A stretch of 63,962 nucleotides of DNA, counting the filler, from Lenisia limosa (lineage: Eukaryota; Protista; Breviatea): NCBI GenBank assembly GCA_001655205.1. It is 9 parts of 9 records of this genome, joined end to end, with 100 filler letters (N's around TTAATTAATTAA, not from the genome) between each part and the next. Parts side by side here need not be neighbours in the genome. Positions count along the whole stretch, not along the records: positions 49,755 to 55,498 come from LPNZ01011034.1; positions 55,599 to 62,200 come from LPNZ01008663.1; 7 more parts are not named here. One strand, given 5' to 3'. Shown piece by piece: positions 50,042 to 61,795 of this stretch (position 1 is its first letter; the number at the start of each line of letters is the position of its first letter). The position numbers and the translations under genes were made by a program. The notes beneath the pieces are model-generated. The model was given only the letters and a program-made list of their open reading frames with translations, was not told the DNA's origin and made no database searches.

Positions 50042-50991
50042 TTAATTCGATCTAGCTTCAAGTAAGGACTCCTTCAGACCGACCATGGCAGTTTCATTCA
50101 GCATGCTCGGAGAGGTTGAAACCTATGTCGAGTACACGTGATTCTTTGCGGCCCAAACACCAGAATCGTAGGTTGTGGGCGACGAAAGTTGGCACGAATC
50201 GTAGACGCAGAAAAAGGTTGTCATTGAGGCAAACCAGTCTTTGTCAAAGTACTAGACATTGTTGTAGTCTGTGATAGGGTGGCCGACCTTCAGAGAGCCA
50301 ATGGCGTTACCGATGTACAGCTCCATGACTTCCATGACGGTCTCCTCCAGCTTCTTCCAGGGCTGGGCATATTCTGACATCGATATCTGCAATCATTACG
50401 AAAGTTGACAATGTCAAATACGCGGATATCTATAACTATAATTATAACGTAAAGGCAAGTATTTTACAGAGTTCAATGTAGAATACATATTATATTATAT
50501 AAGCCTTACAATTGTTCCCGAAGTTTTCCAGTCGACCAAGAAGACACCAAAAACAGTGTACGGGCCGAGATACTCAGCGAGATGGCTTGTCCGACGAGCA
50601 ACTGCAATTTGCCAGAGAAGTTGGAGGATGTAGGAAGAGCTGGGGGAATGACCCAACTTTCTGATCACTTCGCTTCGACAATCCACGGTTTCGAATCGTT
50701 AAGGATGAGTCCGTCTGGCGACATTCCCATGAACTCCTGCCAATCCCATACAAATACCCTTCCGAGTTCGGTCTTTGGTCCTATTTAATTACAGCAGCCG
50801 GTTGTCTTTGATGCCGACACATGGATGAGGTGGAAGGGGTCCGCTAACGTCGACAGTGTAGGTAGATCCAAGAAGACCGATTGGACTGCAGAACCACTGA
50901 CTGCCGTCAGGCGACTTGTTGAAGGTGGCAACGACACGAGGCGGTTGAGAAGCATACACACTCATCAGCTCGCCACGAAGGTGAACAAATC
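50042..50991 (-). pseudogene. Decayed YqaJ-like (lambda-exonuclease fold, PD-(D/E)xK) nuclease gene with apparent introns, probably a DNA-transposon relic
   Basis: ELGRVFVWDWQEFMGMSPDGLILNDSKPWIVEAK* contains the SPDG...E.K motif; TGA at 50665-50667 lies where Cys is expected. It continues GKLQLLVGQAISL..RTLFLVSSW, and the next exon ISMSEYAQPWKKLEETVMEVMELY has an in-frame TAG at 50252-50254. Confidence 0.7.
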
Positions 50992-52599
50992 CTAAAAGGC
51001 TGTTAACATTAGTATAAATGTATAATTTGGAGTTTTATCGTTAACGTTAGATTATTAGCTGAATTCCTTTATAGGGCATAGTAATGGCTCTGTTTTACAC
51101 CGCTTTGTGAAATCATGATCTAAATTGAATTTAGCACTTTCTACGGGTAATATTAGATTTGAAAACTATACGATTTGACCAATATTTTAGGACAAGTTAA
51201 TACCTAGAAAACGACAAAATATTAATGTTATTCTGAGTTGACTCAGAAAAGTGCATATTTCTTGCAACCTTACATGAAAAAGCGGGGGAAATTCCAAAAA
51301 AACATTGTTTTCGCAATTTAAACAGACTCTCGCTTTAAATTGATCAATAATCTCACGGATCTGATTATTAACAATAGTCAAGGGATCATCAATGAATTTT
51401 TGAACGTCGTCCAATGTTAAAGCCCATTTTTTCGAAAGAATGGTGGGCTTAATTCTCTTTTCCAGTCAAAAATACGGTTTTTAAAATGAATATATTATCT
51501 CATATAGATAGTTCATTTGGTTTTTTGACATACCCCCATGGGGTATGGATATACTTTATATATGTGCCCTGACTGACATATACATATCACACCGTCCAGA
51601 AATATGTGAAATTTTCCGATATATGTGAAATTTGGCCATTTTCAATACATTTTGAAACAAAACAAGCCAATCTTATGATATTTCGATGTGATTACCACAA
51701 AAAATTATCAAACACATTATAACGACTATATTGCAGTTGTTAGTAAACAGAGTACCTTTGTGTGTTCTTAAATACATTGTTAAAAATGCGAAAAAGAAGA
51801 GAGAAAAAATAGAAGAGAGAAAACAGAAGAGAAAAAAAAGTACCACGCCGAGGTTTGAACTGAAAACCTTCTAACTACGGCGGCGGAAATGAACTCAGGT
51901 CATCCAGTTGCCTTTTCACCGTTTTTTTTTGAAATCCCCCTTTTCAAAAGTTTGCTTAAAATAATGGTCCTTTCTTTTCTATATGATATAAGAGCCTTTT
52001 AATTCTATGTTTCACAACAATTTTCAACCAATTATTTATTGGGTTGTTCAAATAATTTCGCCGATCAAGAGAAAATATTTTATATGCTACAAATACTGAC
52101 TAATATCCACTGGGGATATGATCAAATGACCGACTTACGAGTCGAAATGATAACGGAGATATCACAAAGTTCATTCCGAGTGTATCAGAGGGTCATCGAG
52201 ACTTAATTATGAGGCAATATTCAGATTACTGTGTAGAAAATGATAGTGCACACGGGTGAAAAAGACTCAAAAAGTGATGTTTTTGCTTATTTGGAAACAA
52301 AGTATGTAAAATACCAAAAAACATTGTTTCTTTTGCTCTATTTGGATTTTTAGTGACTACCGTGTAGGAGTTTGTCAGTTCCAACGTCCGATATCGCACT
52401 TTTTCCTCCAACTCCGCTTGTTCTTCCAGCAAATTTGCGTTACTGGTCATTGTATTGGCAATGGAGAGAGACATGTCCCAATTCGGCTTCTAAATCGGTC
52501 AGTTTTGTGAGATTGCTAAATGGCACTCTGTGAAGTGAAAAAACTGTATAGGGACAATACCAATTGTAAGAGGGTGAATTGTGGGGGAAAGGAATATTG

Positions 52600-54450
52600 C
52601 GTTATAATCTGTAGATATACAGTTTAAGAAGATGTAAGGGGTGCAATTAACGGAGTTTTGGGATAGGCCGAGGAGGCCTTTCGTTTAGACTATCTCCGAT
52701 GTCAAGATTCTTCTTCGATCGACCAAAAGCTTTGCTAGGAGTGTGACGAGGCCTTAGTGAGGGCATTCTACGGCTAGGTGGTGGAACGATTCTGGTTGGG
52801 CTACGCAGAGAGGGAATAGTGGGATAGTGTTCTGGAATTTTGCGAACCACTTGTGCGTGGGGAGGGTATCTGAGATGACCTGAAATCTGAATTTTTCAAG
52901 GGTTCACTGAAGAAGTTTTTTACTGTTGCAGCCAGAGCCTGGTATAAATTCGTTTGTACCAGTGTAGATTGCGTATGTGGCGATCTGTAGTGCGGAGTGC
53001 ATCGCGAGGTTTGCAAGCCGGGACTCAGGGCTTTTGTGAACATTGCCAAGGAATGTTTGGTGTCCGAGCTGTTGTTTGGGGAGGCCGAGAGGGGGTCATT
53101 AATAGTTTCGCAGGTGAAGTAGTCTCCTTGGTGCTTGGTAATTATGGGGGCTAGGTTGTGGAGAAACTGTGACGGCGGCTTAGAAGCTCCTTCCTTCGCC
53201 AGTTTAGCTCCTTCCTTCCCCAGTTTATCCGCAATGTCGTTGCCTTTGGCTTCTGGGCTTTCAGTATGCGATTGATGGGCCTTGATCCATTTAATGTCTG
53301 TTGTTACCTTTCGTGAGTCGGATGGCTATGGCGTATGCTTCTTCACGGGGGTGTGGAGAGGAAACACGGATTTATCTCTGTTTGAAGTTTTGAACACGTC
53401 CTTGTTATCGCAGAATATTATTGTTTGCTCGTCTTGAGGGAAGACTAGGATTGCTTGCAGTAGTTCTATAAGGAAGATGCTCTTCAGGAAGCCCGGGGGT
53501 GTGCCAGCTTTGAGCTACAGGAAGGTCTGGACAATAGGTACCGTATCCTGTTTGGTCTGGATTGCCGAAGAGTGAGCCGTCGGTGAAAATTTTCAGTGGG
53601 TGGTCTCTGGCTGTGACTGCACGGAGCGGGGGGAGTTGTTGAGTTTCCGGTTTCTTGTAATTTGTGAGATTTGGTAGCCTGATGCTGGGCCCGTTCACAT
53701 TAGGATGGATTCTATTCGAGTGAGGTTGTTTGCCGTGAGGAAAAGTGGGACACAAAATTCTGTTTTCTGGGATCTCCTGGATTTAGCCGGGTTTGGGTTG
53801 TCTGGAGTTCCCCACCACTCAATGTTGTCGGAAATTTAGACGAATCTTGTTTTCAAGTGCGGGTCTGGGGATGATGGGAGGTCGGCTATCGTTTGGTTTG
53901 GTATTGAAGGGGAAAGAAGTTGCTGATTTCGTTGAGATAGTGCTCATATTAGCGTAGGTCCATTATTGATATTTCTTGGGGGGAGAAGGGCCATTTAGTA
54001 TCGAGGGCTAAAGCTGCCAGAGGAAGGGGGAGTTTGTTTATATCAGATGGGATGATGGCGATTCTGAACTGAAAAAGGATAGGGCAAATTGCCAGGTGCT
54101 ACCCTTTTCTATATCTGGCTGGTTTATTTGTTGGGCCGAAGCCGGGGGTCATCCATGGTGGCCAGGGGAGGTGAAAATCTTTGCCTGAATCCTTGCCGGA
54201 TGTGATTACTTGGCGTTGCTGGGGTAAGTTGAGTTTGGTCATGAAGTAGTGAAGCATGGTGGCTATTCTGCTGGCTGCGGTGGCTGCGAGGGACTGGAGC
54301 CCCAGTCCAAAACGGTTGCCTGTTAGGTGTAGTATATTGTTCTTTATCCAGGCTATGATGAAGCTGTCGCCATACAGTCTCATAAGATCCGCCCGTCAAA
54401 CGGCTACTAGAGTGGTTCCACTCCGTCCCGACCTTCCTCGTCAAAGCTAT
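52600..54450 (-). mobile_element. Decayed 5'-truncated non-LTR retrotransposon (LINE) 3' part: post-RT region, RNase H, C-terminal zinc knuckle
   Basis: ILHLTGNRFGLGLQSL (GLGL motif after RT), LKIFTDGSLFG (53573-53590), SIFLIELLQAIL...IIFCDNK, IKWIKAHQ...GNDIADKLGKEGA (RNase H), and DTLPTHKWF...PLCVAQPESFHHLAVECP (zinc-knuckle-like). Multiple frameshifts and stops. Confidence 0.85.
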
Positions 54451-54479
54451 CGTTTCCTAGCAACTTAGCTGGCCTTCGG

Positions 54480-54930
54480 ACAGCCTCTTTTGGATCAAAG
54501 TAAACTCTTTTCCTTGAACAATGGTGGTGTCTCTTGACGCCCCCCCCCATAACGCCGCATGAGCGACAGGTGGTAGCGGTGGGAGTTGCATGACCAAGAC
54601 AGAGAGAGCGGTGGTCAGGGCCGGGTTCTCCTTCTGGTGATATCGACAGGCTCGAGGATTGATTTTTTGCTGAGCCCTGTGTCAAGATGAGAAGATGAAG
54701 GAGGTAGGGTTCCCATAATCCAGGACTATCAGGCGCCGTGGCAAACTTGGAGAGAGCATCGGCTCGATTGTTTGCGATCGCCATCGCGCTGTTTTGCGAC
54801 TGATGGGCTTTGATCTAGCTGATCGTGGGGGATTGGAGAGGAGAGAGGCGACGACGGAGATGACGGAAATGATCGCAAAGGCCGAGTTCTTGGAGTGGGG
54901 AGGCGAGGCAAGTGCGTCATTAAGATAGAG
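54480..54930 (-). mobile_element. Second, diverged LINE fragment (RNase H C-terminal remnant)
   Basis: IS*IKAHQSQNSAMAIANNRADALSKFATA (TAG at 54815-54817 in the Trp position) parallels IKWIKAHQ...GNDIADKL in the adjacent element. Confidence 0.65.
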
Positions 54931-55612
54931 GCGGGAAAATGAGGTAGGTACTGATCAAATGTTGCCCACTCATCTCGCTTGAACCTTTCTGTACGTTACG
55001 ATATCGTGTTACTTCAAATATTATGGCATTTGGTGTTTTTTTTGGTATATTTCAATTTTGCGAACATACCCCTTGAAGAAGAGGTTTTTTTTTACTCTTA
55101 TTTAGCAATTCCAAAAACTGTGTGACAGGGTGACGTTTAATATTAAAGTAGACTCAGAAAGTGACAGTATGTTATCAGGGGTTCGTTGACGATTTTGTAT
55201 GGCAAAAGATCGGTTGATTTCCACACTCAATTTCTTATGTGAATTATAACAGGGGGCACCTAACCAAACCTTGGGGCGTGTAAAGCCGAAAGCTTTTTCG
55301 AAGGAATTTTGTGTTTCTCCGTTGTGTTGTACTGATTTTCTAGTGTGTAACAAGGGAGGCGGTTAGGAAATATTCAAGTATATACATATATGCTACCGAC
55401 ACTAAACCCGATTTTACCCGATTTTTTAACTGAAATTTTTTTTTTAACATAGGTACAAATCTAATTTCAAAATGGGCAACAGATCACTGTTACTTACANN
55501 NNNNNNNNNNNNNNNNNNNNNNNNNNNNNNNNNNNNNNNNNNTTAATTAATTAANNNNNNNNNNNNNNNNNNNNNNNNNNNNNNNNNNNNNNNNNNNNCC
55601 CCCCCCCCCCAG

Positions 55613-58600
55613 TTCCATACTGCAACCCGTGCCGTGGACACCATCAACGCCTCGATCCAGGACATTTCGGAGAGGACTCAGAACGCCATGGCCACAGCCG
55701 AGGTCAATGTGTCGGTTCTGAAGGAGTCTGTTTCTACTATCAAGGTACTGCGAAGGGATAAGATTAGGGCTTCACTTCGGTTCGAATAAAGACTGAATCT
55801 CGATAAATCCTTGAAAACTATCGATATTTTACCGGTATTTTTCGAACCGAAATGAAGCCTTATGTATTATTTCTGTTCAAAGAGTTTTCGTTTTTGCCCC
55901 CCCCCCCCATCATTAAATAANNNNNNNNNNNNNNNNNNNNNNNNNNNNNNNNNNNNNNNNNNNNNNNNNNNNNNNNNNNNNNNNNNNNNNNNNNNNNNNN
56001 NNNNNNNNNNNNNNNCCCAACTTACCCCCGTAGAACGAACAGCGCGTTCTTCAGAACTCTCTGTCGGAAGAGGAAAACCGGCTAGAAGCTGCAACTAAGG
56101 CCCGGAAGGGCTATATGAGGTAGGGGGGGTGGGGGTGATGAGAAATTGTGATGTTAATCAAGGCATGAATTTTTGTACTCCAACTACCCAGTCCCTAGGG
56201 TTACATATCTATATTATCGAGGACTTATCTAGAATTCAGTCTTTTTTTTTTTTTTGAAACCGAAGTGAAGCCCAAGGTAGTAGTCCTCATATCACTACTC
56301 ATCATTTGACCTCTCAGCCTGGCACGTAGAATCATGGCTGTGTATCTGAGCAATCTCCATGGTCTCAGTGAGTGGCCAACATGCCAATGGGACCTCCGTT
56401 CTGTTGTTGAGGTGCGTCACTATTACCCACTCTGGTTCTTGCCTTATGACATGAAACGTCTTTTTTTTGTTATCCTTATTATCCTATTTCCCCTAATTCT
56501 TCGAAAATTATCGATATTCTACCTGTATTTTTCGAACCGAAGCTCCCCATCACTCACCACCAATAGGAAGCAGTGAGCAACGTGAAGGCCACTAAGCCCA
56601 TTGACAACACCGCTCAAGAGANNNNNNNNNNNNNNNNNNNNNNNNNNNNNNNNNNNNNNNNNNNNNNNNNNNNNNNNNNNNNNNNNNNNNNNNNNNNNNN
56701 NNNNNNNNNNNNNNNNNNNNNNNNNNNNNNNNNNNNNNNNNNNNNNNNNNNNNNNNNNNAAGTGAACGGGATGATAAATCATACAGCAAATCAGTTAGAC
56801 TTTTCCTGGTCACTATATACATGTATACTGTACATCAATATAGTATGATATGATATGAAATAAACTGTTGTTTTTTTCGTTTTTTCCAGAGTTGATTTTG
56901 AGGGTTTGTTCATTACTTTTCCACCATGTTGTAAGGGATGTTGATGAAGCTTGAACAATATACACGCTAGAGCAGTTTTTCTCATTTTGCCACACATTCC
57001 TCACCCCTCCAGCGCTTGATGACTTTACGCCAAGACAACACCAACGCCGTGATACATGGTGGGGGTCTGTGTGGTGGATGGGCGGCTTCATAACGTCCAT
57101 TAGGGGCTTATCATTAGGATTTCCCTACGGTCCAAAAAGACTGGTAAACTATTGATATTTATCGAAGGTTTATCGAGGAATTCTGTCTTTTTTGGGACCG
57201 CAGGGAAGCCTTGGTTATCATAGTAGTATTTGGTTAGGGGAGTCATGCAGAAAGCACTGGAGAGCTCTCAACACGAACGAACGGCTTTACTCTTTCAGTC
57301 TAACCACTTAGCCATTTCGAGGTCGCTTACATTCGCTCAACACTCTGCGCTTCTCTGGAACGGTTGGTGGTCGTTTAACACTCAAGAGCTACCTTAGGAA
57401 TTACATCAATGCAATACCGCCCCCGCCCCTTCATAAAAAAAACTGTCTAAAAGCCCTCTTTGGGTTGTAAGTTCACCCAGTTCGTCTCAGTTTGATTCCA
57501 TTCCCTCTTCCACCAAATAGTATCACTAAATCCTAGGGCTCCGTGCAATTAATTGGAATATCAATTTCAAAATTTGAAGTCGGACATATTGTAATGAGAA
57601 CCCTCAGACACTTTAATTTCTAATTTTGTCAATTAATTACCTCAAAATAACTTAATTTGCATGGAGCCCTACAAAATACATATCTCTAGTTCATTTTTAT
57701 TTTTATTGTTGAAATCCTGCTTCATGCTGCCCTCTCACGCCATCTCTTTGATCCTGCCCAGCAATCTTGCTGAGACCCGCCCTTAACAAGCCCAGCAATC
57801 GCCCAACTTATCCGCTCACACACCACCACCCCCCAGGATGTCTCAACGTCCTCATAGCCAACAACGACTGTGACCCGCGCATTCGTCTCATTATGACGTC
57901 CCTTGATTACCAGGTGTGAAGGGCGGTCATGATAAATCTATTTGGGCTGCGAATTTATGTCGGTCGGAAAAGACCAGCCAAGTGTCGCGTTTTATCGAGG
58001 CAAAGTGTCAATATTTATCAGGACTCGGTCTTTTTCAGACCAAGGGAAGCCCCATTGGAGGCATTTGGGGGGAGGGATCACTATCTATTTGTTTTTTTTT
58101 TTGAGCGAATGATTAATATCACGCTTAAAGTATTAGGGTAGACGTTAGTGAATAACCTGGTTCTTTTGTTATATTTTTCCAATTGGTGTTAACAACCAGG
58201 GCTCCGACGTATTAAGAAGTCGGTTTATTTAATAAAGATATCCTTACTGTGTTTTCACTTATCAGGATGAAAATTGGCTCATTGAAACTGAAAAAGACCT
58301 CCTTGAAGTGACCCCCAACATGCCTGTTTTCAATATTGGTGGGGGGGGGGGGCGATCAACCTCAAAAATAATAATGTATGTTGAAGGCCTTGGTTTCACT
58401 TGGGATCTCCTTTGACATTATTCAGACCTGCCCCAGCCTGAAGGAACGTCGTATCTTACACCGTCTCGATGGAAAGCCCTGTGGTTTGTTTGGTTTTAAA
58501 GGCTTGTTGGGATACGGCTTTTTAGACCATTTTTGGCCTGATTTTAGGGATTCCCTTCGGTCCCAAAAAGACTGAATTTCTCGATATATTGAGATTTAAA

Positions 58601-61600
58601 CGGTCTTTTACAGACCAGACCGTAGGGAAGCCAAGCCCAAGGTTAACTTCATTTCTCCCCAGTTGTCACTTTTCATCCTATTATACAGGGACCGGGAAAT
58701 CAAATAGCAAATCGGTCAAGACTTATCCCGGTCACCTTACTTTTCATCGCAATTTGAGTTATTAACTGTTTTCATCTTTGCAGCCAACTCATGGCATTGC
58801 CGGCCCTGAGTAGCCTAATGCCCCAATTGCCCCTGAGAGTCGTACAATGGGCCGATATCGCGGCGTCTACCCAGCCCCTTCTTTGCCCCCTCATGGTTTG
58901 TCTACCTCCTTATTTCCCTCCTATCACTTCACTCACTCATATCAGTCCTAACACTCTGAGCACCCCTCTCTCCTTTCTTTCATACTCTGTGCAACCTCCT
59001 GTCTGTTTCAAAAACAGTCGCCAATAATTAGGGCTCCGTGCAATTAATTGGAAAAATATTTGAAAATTTTGAAGTGCGACATATTGTAATGTAAACTCAA
59101 TTTCAGACAGTTTAATTTCAATTTGTATGTTCAAAAAATTAGTTGCACGGTCCTGCTAAAAAGCATACATCTCTACCTTCTTTTTCTTCTACATACAAAT
59201 CACGAAACCAAACCTGACCTCTTCAGGGAGTGCCGACGTCAGTTGAGACAGTCTACCGTCTCTGTCTCTACATCATTATCCGCCCTGATACTTTCGGCGC
59301 TTGTGTGGAGGTGAGGGAGAGGCCTATTAATTGTCGCACGCTGATGGGACGCTGCAGAAGCGACTGGCCTGGGTGNNNNNNNNNNNNNNNNNNNNNNNNN
59401 NNNNNNNNNNNNNNNNNNNNNNNNNNNNNNNNNNNNNNNNNNNNNNNNNNNNNNNNNNNNNNNNNNNNNNNNNNNNNNNNNNNNNNNNNNNNNNNNNNNN
59501 NNNNNNNNNNNNNNNNNNNNNNNNNNNNNNNATCCTAAATATCTATATTTACCCAGTCTTTTTCGGACTGTATGGAAGCCCCTGATATCCTCGCATTTAC
59601 CGATCCCCCTCAGACCTTAGCACGAGAAGTATTCGGTCCGTGTTCGATCGAGCATCCGATTGTGGAACTTGGCGACCTCATCACTAAGGCCGGAAGCTCT
59701 TCGCCCGTCCTCGTGCTCTCCCCTGACTGTTCGCCGCTTGTTTTGCGTTTATAATAATATCTCCCACGGCCTGTCATTAACCATTACCTCTCCGCGCTGC
59801 AGCATAGAATATCCATGTCTATACCCCCCCCCCCCANNNNNNNNNNNNNNNNNNNNNNNNNNNNNNNNNNNNNNNNNNNNNNNNNNNNNNNNNNNNNNNN
59901 NNNNNNNNNNNNNNNNNNNNNNNNNNNNNNNNNNNNNNNNNNNNNNNNNCCTTTTGTTTTTATTTCATGAATCATCCCCTAGGCGGAAGCTGCACAGACG
60001 CCGCCGCAGCTGTTCGACACATCGCCCGCCACCGCGGAACCATCCAGCGTCTCCACACTGTTGCGGTCAATAACGGCACTTTCCCGGACCAGGCGCTGAG
60101 CGTGGTCGAGGAGGCTGCAGATAGGGGTTTGGGGGTGTGGGACTATACGGGATTGTTTTCAAACAAGAGAAATAATATTTGAGATGATTAGAAACCTAGA
60201 AAAACAAATAGATACATAGGGATTATCCCTTTAGGATGGTGGTGCGTCATTGACGACATTGACCGAGCCCCCCAAAACACCCTGGAGAAATTTGCGCAGA
60301 GTGTAGCTGAAATACCTGCTGGTGGGAAGGGCAGTGGTATCTGTGAATCCGTGAGGTTTTTATGTATACTGTCGAAATAAATGAGTTTATGCAGTCTTTA
60401 TTATGTGTGGTAAACATACCTAGTTTATGCAGTCTTTATTATGTGTGGTAAACATACCTAGTTTATGCAGTCTTTATATGTGTGGTAAACATACCTAGCT
60501 TATGCAGTCTTTATTATGTGTGGTAAACATACCTATTTTTTTAAAATGGGCTTAATTGTTTGTAATATACACCTAGTTTTTAAAAAAATATTACATGAGC
60601 TTCACGTTTGTGCTTACCCCCTGCAGCGCGGAAGGATGGGGAGTTCCGCCTGATTATGACTTCGAGAGCCAGCGCCAAGCTCCCCCTGCTACTTTGTTGG
60701 TTCTTATCTCGATTCAGCACTTTGGAATATCGCCTTTTGTTGACAGCAATATTCAAATTCGTACTTTCCTTATAAGTCAGTCCATCCACTCACACTGACC
60801 TTTTAAGGCAGTTCCTCAGTGCGGGCAATGTGGACCCAGCCAGCCACTTTCAGGGGTGCTGCCATTTCGTAGGAATGGGTATTTTTTGTTTGATATTTTT
60901 TGGGATTTTGTCTCAGGTATTGTTGTAGTATTTTACCATGCGGTGCTGCTACAGAAGCGACAGGCTTGGGTTTTGTTAGCTTTGNNNNNNNNNNNNNNNN
61001 NNNNNNNNNNNNNNNNNNNNNNNNNNNNNNNNNNNNNNNNNNNNNNNNNNNNNNNNNNNNNNNNNNNNNNNNNNNNNNNNNNNNNGTATCCCCCCCAGAC
61101 ACCTGCGTAGTTTGCGTCATGCATATGACACAGGGCCCAGCTCCACCTTAAATCTGCCTCCAATCTCCCTCCTCCCGGGAGACAGGCCAGGTGGGGTAGT
61201 AAATAAAGGATATGTTATACAGTGACAGGGATAAGTTTTGACCGATTTTCTACGTAATTTCCCCTGTATAATCGGTCAAGACTTATCCCGGTCACTGTAT
61301 ATATTTTGATGAAGAAGACTGGTGTAGAGGTTCTAATCACTGAACTTCAAAAACACTTTTTCCTTTGTCATTATCCTTTATCTTTCGCTCTATCCTTCCT
61401 TCCTTTTGTCCCTTCTCGTTCGTCCTTCCCCTAATCCCTTGTCCCTTCTCCCTTGACTCTGTGCAACATTAATAATTTTTGAGATTTTATTGCGATCATG
61501 GATCTTTTCTCTTTTCCTACCCAAACGAAGCTCTGACCCCCCAGCATGGAAGCGTCTCGTTGCCACCCTCGGTGTCATGCACGCTGTTTGTCGTACACGT

Positions 61601-61795
61601 TGTTGGGCAAAGGTGGGAGGGATGTATGTTTAACTTCAATATTGCAAGGTTCTTTATTAGTATTTCATTTTATCCATCCACTTCCATGCTCTGAATAATC
61701 AGGCACCCCACTTCGCCGATCGGGTTCTTCGTAGGGCTCTCAAGTCCATTGGCTTGGTTGTGATTTCGGCCCAATTATCCTCCTCTTCCGTGCCG
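55613..61795 (+). CDS. Highly diverged dynein heavy chain, C-terminal region (AAA5 extension to AAA6), truncated at both ends
   Basis: Collinear dynein motifs: EAATKARKGYMS|LARRIMAVY (R..Y.P.A), RLCLYIIIRPDTF (lRPD), VFGPCSIEHPIVELGDL...SPVLVLS, EEAADRG|WWCVIDDIDRA (G.W...N.HL position), GEFRLIMTSRASAKLPPATLL (FRLwlTs...fP), WKRLVATLGVMHAVCRTR (FHAvvqER position). Confidence 0.85.
57536..57669. mobile_element. MITE family C (~134 bp). Other copies: 59031-59155 and ~41770-41876 (inverted, partial)
   Basis: TA|gggctccgtgcaattaattggaa...ttgcatggagccc|TA, with shared interior aaattt(t)gaagt.(c/g)gacatattgtaatg. Confidence 0.8.
60384..60534. repeat. Tandem repeat, 4 x 37-38 bp, intronic
   Basis: agtttatgcagtctttattatgtgtggtaaacatacct, four near-identical copies. 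Confidence 0.95.

Noticed and set aside
51836-51912. Functional tRNA gene
   Set aside because: The acceptor, anticodon and T stems do not pair.
50042-54930. Stop-codon reassignment suggested by in-frame TAG/TGA at Trp/Cys-like positions
   Set aside because: Such stops occur only in TE relics that also have frameshifts. Reconstructed exons of CSE1L, XPO4 and dynein have none, and RNF123 ends in a normal TAA.
42014-60534. Tandem 31-48 bp repeats as CRISPR arrays
   Set aside because: The units are contiguous with no unique spacers, no cas genes are present, and the context is eukaryotic introns.
60918-60984. Second dynein-like HAV motif (IVVVFYHAVLLQKRQAW), suggesting an exon duplication
   Set aside because: The DNA (catgcggtgctgctacagaagcgacaggcttgggttttg) is a family-D repeat; the true motif exon is at ~61546-61610.
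682-61163. Numerous ORF-track entries containing X runs or poly-Gly/Pro
   Set aside because: They read through N gaps and homopolymer runs and are not genes as listed; real coding sequence is split into short exons.
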